64,000 nt of DNA from Halobacteriota archaeon (GTDB taxonomy: Archaea > Halobacteriota > Bog-38 > Methanoflorentales > Methanoflorentaceae). Positions 58,131-64,000 of this stretch are shown here, piece by piece. The stretch is taken from NCBI GenBank assembly GCA_050011655.1, contig JBEKIR010000001.1:4519-68518 (forward strand), given 5' to 3'. A model generated the notes under the pieces. That model saw nothing but the letters and a program-made list of their open reading frames with translations, did no database searches and was not told the DNA's origin. The translations under genes and the position numbers were made by a program. Numbering within the stretch: the stretch's first letter is position 1; every line of letters starts with the position of its first letter.

Positions 58131-59249
58131 TTGAAGAGACTGCATGTGTTTGTGTCTCACCCTTTCACAGCTGCATTCGATTTAGAAGGGCCATTGTCTC
58201 CGCAAGATAATGCATACGAAGTTATGCACTCAATCAAAGAAGGACCCGCACTGTTTGAAGTTTTGAGCAGATATGATGACTATCTGGCCATTCGAAATAG
58301 ACCAAATTATGAGCCTGGCGATACACTGCAGCTGATAGTCCCTTTCATGATCATTAACGGAATAACAGAGCAGGATGTGCGAAAAGCCTCAAGTCGAGCG
58401 CAACTGGTCGGTGGCGCCAGAGAGCTCATCAAGTGGCTAAAGGATGAAACGTGGGACGTGCATATCATTTCAACGAGCTACGAGCAGCACGCTTACAATG
58501 TAGCTTCAAAGCTTGATGTTGAGCGCGAAAAAGTGCACTGTACCCAGTTTCCCTTAGATTTTTTGTCCGAAATTCTAGAAGAAGGCGAGATTGCGTTGAT
58601 CCACGAGATTCAAAACAAGATCCTCTCGTTTTATTCTAACGCCAACAACGTAGAGAATTCAACATTTGGAAAATTAGCAACTCAGCTCGATGAGTTCTTC
58701 TTTGAAATTGTACCTCGCACGCGGATCCAAGCGATTTTCGATCAGATCACAGTAGTAGGCGGTGAGCGAAAAGTTCAGGCCTTGACGTCAGCGATCGGCG
58801 TGGGCAAGCAGACAGACACTGCGGTAATCGGCGATAGCATTACGGATTACAAAATGCTCCAGGAGATTCGAAGCGCCGGCGGGATCTCTGTTGCATTCAA
58901 TGGAAACTCTTACGCGTTACCCTATGCCAACATTGGCATGGCATGCGCTGACATTCGTCCCCTTTACCTCGTTTTGACCGCTTTCCGAGAGAGCGGACTC
59001 AAATCTGCGTTTGAGTTGGCTACGTTATGGGAAGTTGAATGTCGGGCATTCGCCAGAGATCCACGCCGAATACCAAGCCACGCCTTGCGACCCGAGCTAG
59101 CGCGTTTTTTTGCTAATGCATGCGAAACAGAGTTTCCGCGTTTTAGCGTTTTGAACAAGAGAAACAAAGAACAACTGCACCAAATAGCAGCAGTACACGC
59201 CAAATTCCGCAGCCTCATCAGAGGACAAGAGACCGCGCAGCTCGGTTAA
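58131..59249 (+). CDS. HAD-superfamily hydrolase-like protein with extended C-terminal region
   Basis: motif I FDLEGPL (D-x-E variant), motif II IISTS, motif IV GDSITD; 372 aa. Confidence 0.45.
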   Translation: MKRLHVFVSHPFTAAFDLEGPLSPQDNAYEVMHSIKEGPALFEVLSRYDDYLAIRNRPNYEPGDTLQLIVPFMIINGITEQDVRKASSRAQLVGGARELIKWLKDETWDVHIISTSYEQHAYNVASKLDVEREKVHCTQFPLDFLSEILEEGEIALIHEIQNKILSFYSNANNVENSTFGKLATQLDEFFFEIVPRTRIQAIFDQITVVGGERKVQALTSAIGVGKQTDTAVIGDSITDYKMLQEIRSAGGISVAFNGNSYALPYANIGMACADIRPLYLVLTAFRESGLKSAFELATLWEVECRAFARDPRRIPSHALRPELARFFANACETEFPRFSVLNKRNKEQLHQIAAVHAKFRSLIRGQETAQLG

Positions 59250-59431
59250 GGGCCAAGTGCGGCCACCTGGTTGGAAGACTGCGTATATTCATAGTGGCAT
59301 GGAACTGCGCTCGCAGACCTGAGCCGTCCTGAAAACCGAAGCACGCGTTCTAACCTGGCCAATAAGACGGCGCGGCTTTACACAGCATATTACACGACTG
59401 GGCGCAACTCACTTCACCCAACAGCAGGAGG

Positions 59432-59827
59432 CTATTGCTCCGCTTTTTCAGCCTTTAAAATCTCATCGAGCGGCTTAGCACCGCTTTTTCCCACCACGAG
59501 ATTAATCTGGCCTGTTTCTGCAGAAATGACGCGACCGCGGACGCTCTTACGCCTTCTTATCCCTGTTTTTTTTGGATGATACCCGACACCTCCGGAAAGA
59601 AGCAGCCTTTTTCGGACCGTCCCCGGAAGATCTCGCCGCATAGCTACGCCATCTTTGTCTGAGCCGCCAGTTATGACAAGCGCATAATCGCTGAGTCCGA
59701 TCACATCACCGTCGAGTGAGTCCCCGATACCGAGACCGAACAGTTTGTTTGCTTGCGCACCTGATACTTCCATCTTGTGTGCGCTCTTCTTGCTTGGGTC
59801 AGATATGATTAACCTAAATTCCGCCAT
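59432..59827 (-). CDS. rps6e: 30S ribosomal protein S6e
   Basis: MAEFRLIISDP...GGSDKDGVAMR...RRRKSVRG matches archaeal S6e. Confidence 0.9.
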   Translation of the reverse strand: MAEFRLIISDPSKKSAHKMEVSGAQANKLFGLGIGDSLDGDVIGLSDYALVITGGSDKDGVAMRRDLPGTVRKRLLLSGGVGYHPKKTGIRRRKSVRGRVISAETGQINLVVGKSGAKPLDEILKAEKAEQ

Positions 59828-59901
59828 TTTACTACTCTCCTATCCGTGGTCGGCTGTGCACTACTGTTTGCTTGACAATTTGAAGATCTAAAGAGTGCAA
59901 T

Positions 59902-61656
<1,755 letters not shown>

Positions 61657-61763
61657 CCTACATCAACATCTGCGCTTAAATGCCTTGCGTTCAAGCTGCG
61701 TTTTGAGCTACACCCGGGTGATAATATTTATGGTTTGAGAGCGAAGGATGTAGCTGCATTATC

Positions 61764-61834
61764 GCGGTAGTGGTGTAGTGGCAGCACAAAGGCTTCCCAA
61801 GCCTTTAACCCGGGTTCGAGTCCCGGCTACCGCA
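61764..61834 (+). tRNA. tRNA-Gly (anticodon CCC)
   Basis: cloverleaf: acceptor GCGGTAG/CTACCGC, anticodon stem AAGGC/GCCTT with loop TTCCCAA, T-arm CCGGG-TTCGAGT-CCCGG; no CCA encoded. Confidence 0.8.
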
Positions 61835-61986
61835 TTCTCTGGCTCGGTCCACTTGTAGTTCGTAAAGCGTGTTAGGCCGTCCTAAAACGAGACGGCGACG
61901 TCTACTGGTGCTTTAATAGGGGTTCAAAGTCTAGGCCCTCGGGAAAGGAAGGTAGAAGTCCCCGCTTAAACTGCGAAAGAGTGCCG

Positions 61987-62202
61987 TTAGCGCCGGTTGA
62001 CTCGTTCCGCGGCTAGTTTTACGTCATTTGCCGAGATCGTTTTTCGGTCAGCGAGCTTCGTCAGCAAAACGGCTTCTCTGGCAACGCCACTGCCATAGTC
62101 CTCAGCTTTCTCGGCAATCATTTTCACTGCCTTGCGATTGGCCCTTTCAGCTCCAGCTACCTTCATGATTCGCAAAACGACCGCCAGTGGAATTTCTGCC
62201 AT
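61987..62202 (-). CDS. archaeal histone (HMf-like histone fold)
   Basis: 71 aa; MAEIPLAVVLRIMKVAGAERA...AREAVLLTKLADRKTISANDVKLAAE matches archaeal histone consensus. Confidence 0.85.
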   Translation of the reverse strand: MAEIPLAVVLRIMKVAGAERANRKAVKMIAEKAEDYGSGVAREAVLLTKLADRKTISANDVKLAAERVNRR

Positions 62203-62562
62203 AATTATCGCTGTCCTTTAAGATCACTGCGCATAAAAAAGTTATGATTCACATCCAATCGATTACGCGGCCGCAAAGCCCCTCTTGCACAAACTTAAAG
62301 AATTGATAAATAACTGTATGCGCTAAACTAACAGTCATCGTGTCGTAGAAGCCGCTTTTGTTCCTGAGCGTTGCCAACCGCTAGCACTGCGCAGTTGAAC
62401 ACACGATGTGGCTTTGAGCGACAAAGTGCACAAGCGTCAGCAGAAGGAATGAGACCTCTCGCTTAAAGGAAAGACAAATAAGGACAAGCGTGGTTGAGGG
62501 CTGGCCTAGCCTAGACCGCGTACACATTTTGTACGGAGATGTGCGATTAACGCTCTCAAAAG

Positions 62563-64000
62563 ATGTTTAAAACCGACGGCTTAAATGCGCTTACATACGG
62601 GATATTCGATGCCGGCGTAGGTGTGGCCACAGGGGTTGTTGGATTTCCGGTCACCAAGATCATTGAAAATTTACGGCCCATTTGGATACCCGCTGCTAAC
62701 GAAAAGGTCGGGATCGATTTGGCTTTAGGAGCTGCCGCATCGGGTACACCATCAGTTCTTGTTACGAAACACGTTGGATTGAACGTAGCGTCAGACTCTT
62801 TGATTACCGCGGCCACCCACGGAGTAGGTGCAGGGCTAGTCGTAATCGCAGGCGATGATCCAGGTGCAAAACTTTCGCAAAACGAGCAGGATTCAAGATA
62901 TTACGGTAAGATAGCCGAAATCCCGGTAATGGATCCACACAGCGCTCGCAATGCGTATGATTGTGCGTTAAAGGCTTTTGAACTATCCGCACTACTGTCA
63001 GTACCGATAATTGTGCGAATAACCGGCAGGCTTCTTAATACGCAGGGCGTAGTTGAGAGGGTGCCTTCTGCGCAGGGCGCAAGCAAGAGCATCGAAAAGA
63101 GCATCTGGAACCTCACGCATTTGGGGAGGCATCAGCATCTTCTCAGGCACACGTATCCTAAGATGCTGCAATTTGCTGAAACAACAGATCTGAACGAGCA
63201 AGACGGCTCTGGCGCAATCGGCATTATTTCTGCAGGCTATGCATCAACGCTGGTGGATGATGCAATCCAGGGACGAGACGATGTAGCCCATCTCAGACTC
63301 GGCATTGTCAACCCGTTATGTGAGCGCCGAATTGATTCGTTTCTCGAAGAGCACAAACGAGTACTAGTCGTCGAAGAGAGCTCACCGCTTATTGAAGAAT
63401 CCATTCACGCAAAAGTCCTCGGCAAACTGTCTGGACACGTGCCCCGCTTCGGGGAGCTAACGTCAAACGATGTGACTGAAGCGTTGACCTATATCGAGGC
63501 AGATTACATGTCGGCAAAGTTTGATGTCGAGACACTCGAAACCAGACGTTACACGGAAGACATCTGCGCTGATTGCCCCTTCTTGCCCTTCTACCGGGCT
63601 CTCGGCCAAGTTGAGGCGATGATTGCGGGGGACATGGGCTGTATAATACGCACCGCCAATCCGCCTTTTAAACTGATCGACGTAGCTTATTCACTCGGCT
63701 CAGCAATTGGCGTGGCTTCGGGGTTTGAAGAAGGCGGCCTTGCAATACTAGGAGACTACGCGTTCTTACACAGCGGCATCGCAGCACTAACAAGCGCGGC
63801 AGTGTTCAAACGGAACGTAAAGGTGTTTGTGCTCGAAAACCGAATATCAGCCATAACGGGGGGGCAGCCGACGCCCGAGGTCTCTGACTTGGTCGGTGCA
63901 CTATGCCGAAACTATGGCATCACTTACAAGTTGGTGGACGCAACGGATATGAATGAAATGTCATTTGTAGATCTTCTGCGAGCCGTAAGCAACTCGACAG
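62563..64000 (+). CDS. iorA: indolepyruvate/2-oxoacid:ferredoxin oxidoreductase alpha-subunit-like TPP enzyme (3' partial, runs off window)
   Basis: manual translation from ATG 62563: MFKTDGLNALTYGIFDAGVGVATGVVGFPVTKIIENL... IorA-like N-terminus; CADCPF...GDMGCII cysteine/TPP region; GDYAFLHSG TPP-binding motif. Confidence 0.6.
   Translation, partial: MFKTDGLNALTYGIFDAGVGVATGVVGFPVTKIIENLRPIWIPAANEKVGIDLALGAAASGTPSVLVTKHVGLNVASDSLITAATHGVGAGLVVIAGDDPGAKLSQNEQDSRYYGKIAEIPVMDPHSARNAYDCALKAFELSALLSVPIIVRITGRLLNTQGVVERVPSAQGASKSIEKSIWNLTHLGRHQHLLRHTYPKMLQFAETTDLNEQDGSGAIGIISAGYASTLVDDAIQGRDDVAHLRLGIVNPLCERRIDSFLEEHKRVLVVEESSPLIEESIHAKVLGKLSGHVPRFGELTSNDVTEALTYIEADYMSAKFDVETLETRRYTEDICADCPFLPFYRALGQVEAMIAGDMGCIIRTANPPFKLIDVAYSLGSAIGVASGFEEGGLAILGDYAFLHSGIAALTSAAVFKRNVKVFVLENRISAITGGQPTPEVSDLVGALCRNYGITYKLVDATDMNEMSFVDLLRAVSNST

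Noticed and set aside
61657-61986. Possible integrative element at tRNA-Gly(CCC)
   Set aside because: No integrase/recombinase, no direct repeat of the tRNA 3' end, and flanking genes (aIF5B, histone) are core. The tRNA appears to be an ordinary stand-alone gene.

Overview
Archaeal chromosomal segment of about 55% GC that combines a conserved information-processing core with two cell-surface and glycan loci. Coordinates near 22.4-23.7 kb are approximate (one spot disagreed with the ORF track by 1 nt).

Core genes:
- The minus strand from 3.9 to 19.8 kb is one large ribosomal-protein/SecY super-operon (SPOUT-L3-L4-L23-L2-S19-L22-S3-L29-Rpp29-S17-L14-L24-S4e-L5-S14-S8-L6-L32e-L19e-L18-S5-L30-L15-SecY-AdkA-Cmk-Cbf5). 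It is preceded by a cobamide-salvage cluster (PgpA-family CobZ-like, CobS, CobY) and purM.
- The plus strand from 35 to 42 kb is a second translation and RNA-modification block (Nop5-fibrillarin, L10e, aIF2beta fused to a TRAM domain, Pus10, L21e, RpoF, DUF655, KsgA, Mtq2-like), followed on the minus strand by RpoL, Csl4 and a METTL5-like methyltransferase.
- Further genes include Nnr, PyrD, NAC-alpha, TrmI, ADP-forming acetyl-CoA synthetase with a BioD/DRTGG partner, SecG, EngB, S6e, aIF5B, tRNA-Gly(CCC), an archaeal histone and a partial IorA-like oxidoreductase at the window end.

Accessory loci:
- At 19.9-29.7 kb: a CDF transporter co-transcribed with a beta-RFAP-synthase-like GHMP protein and a chorismate-lyase-like DUF98 protein. 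Next are a decayed PGF-CTERM beta-helix surface-protein pseudogene, a lipoprotein, and a secreted hydrolase-like/beta-propeller lectin with near-identical ~280-bp tandem repeats. An archaeosortase (ArtA-like), a CE4 deacetylase and a GT4 glycosyltransferase complete the locus.
- At 53.3-57.3 kb: tandem GT-C membrane glycosyltransferase paralogs, one intact and one split with permuted gene order.

The ORF track omits two genes shorter than 60 aa (rps14, secG) that were found by reading the sequence. Lineage: archaeal and most likely euryarchaeal-type; it cannot be fixed from the sequence alone.
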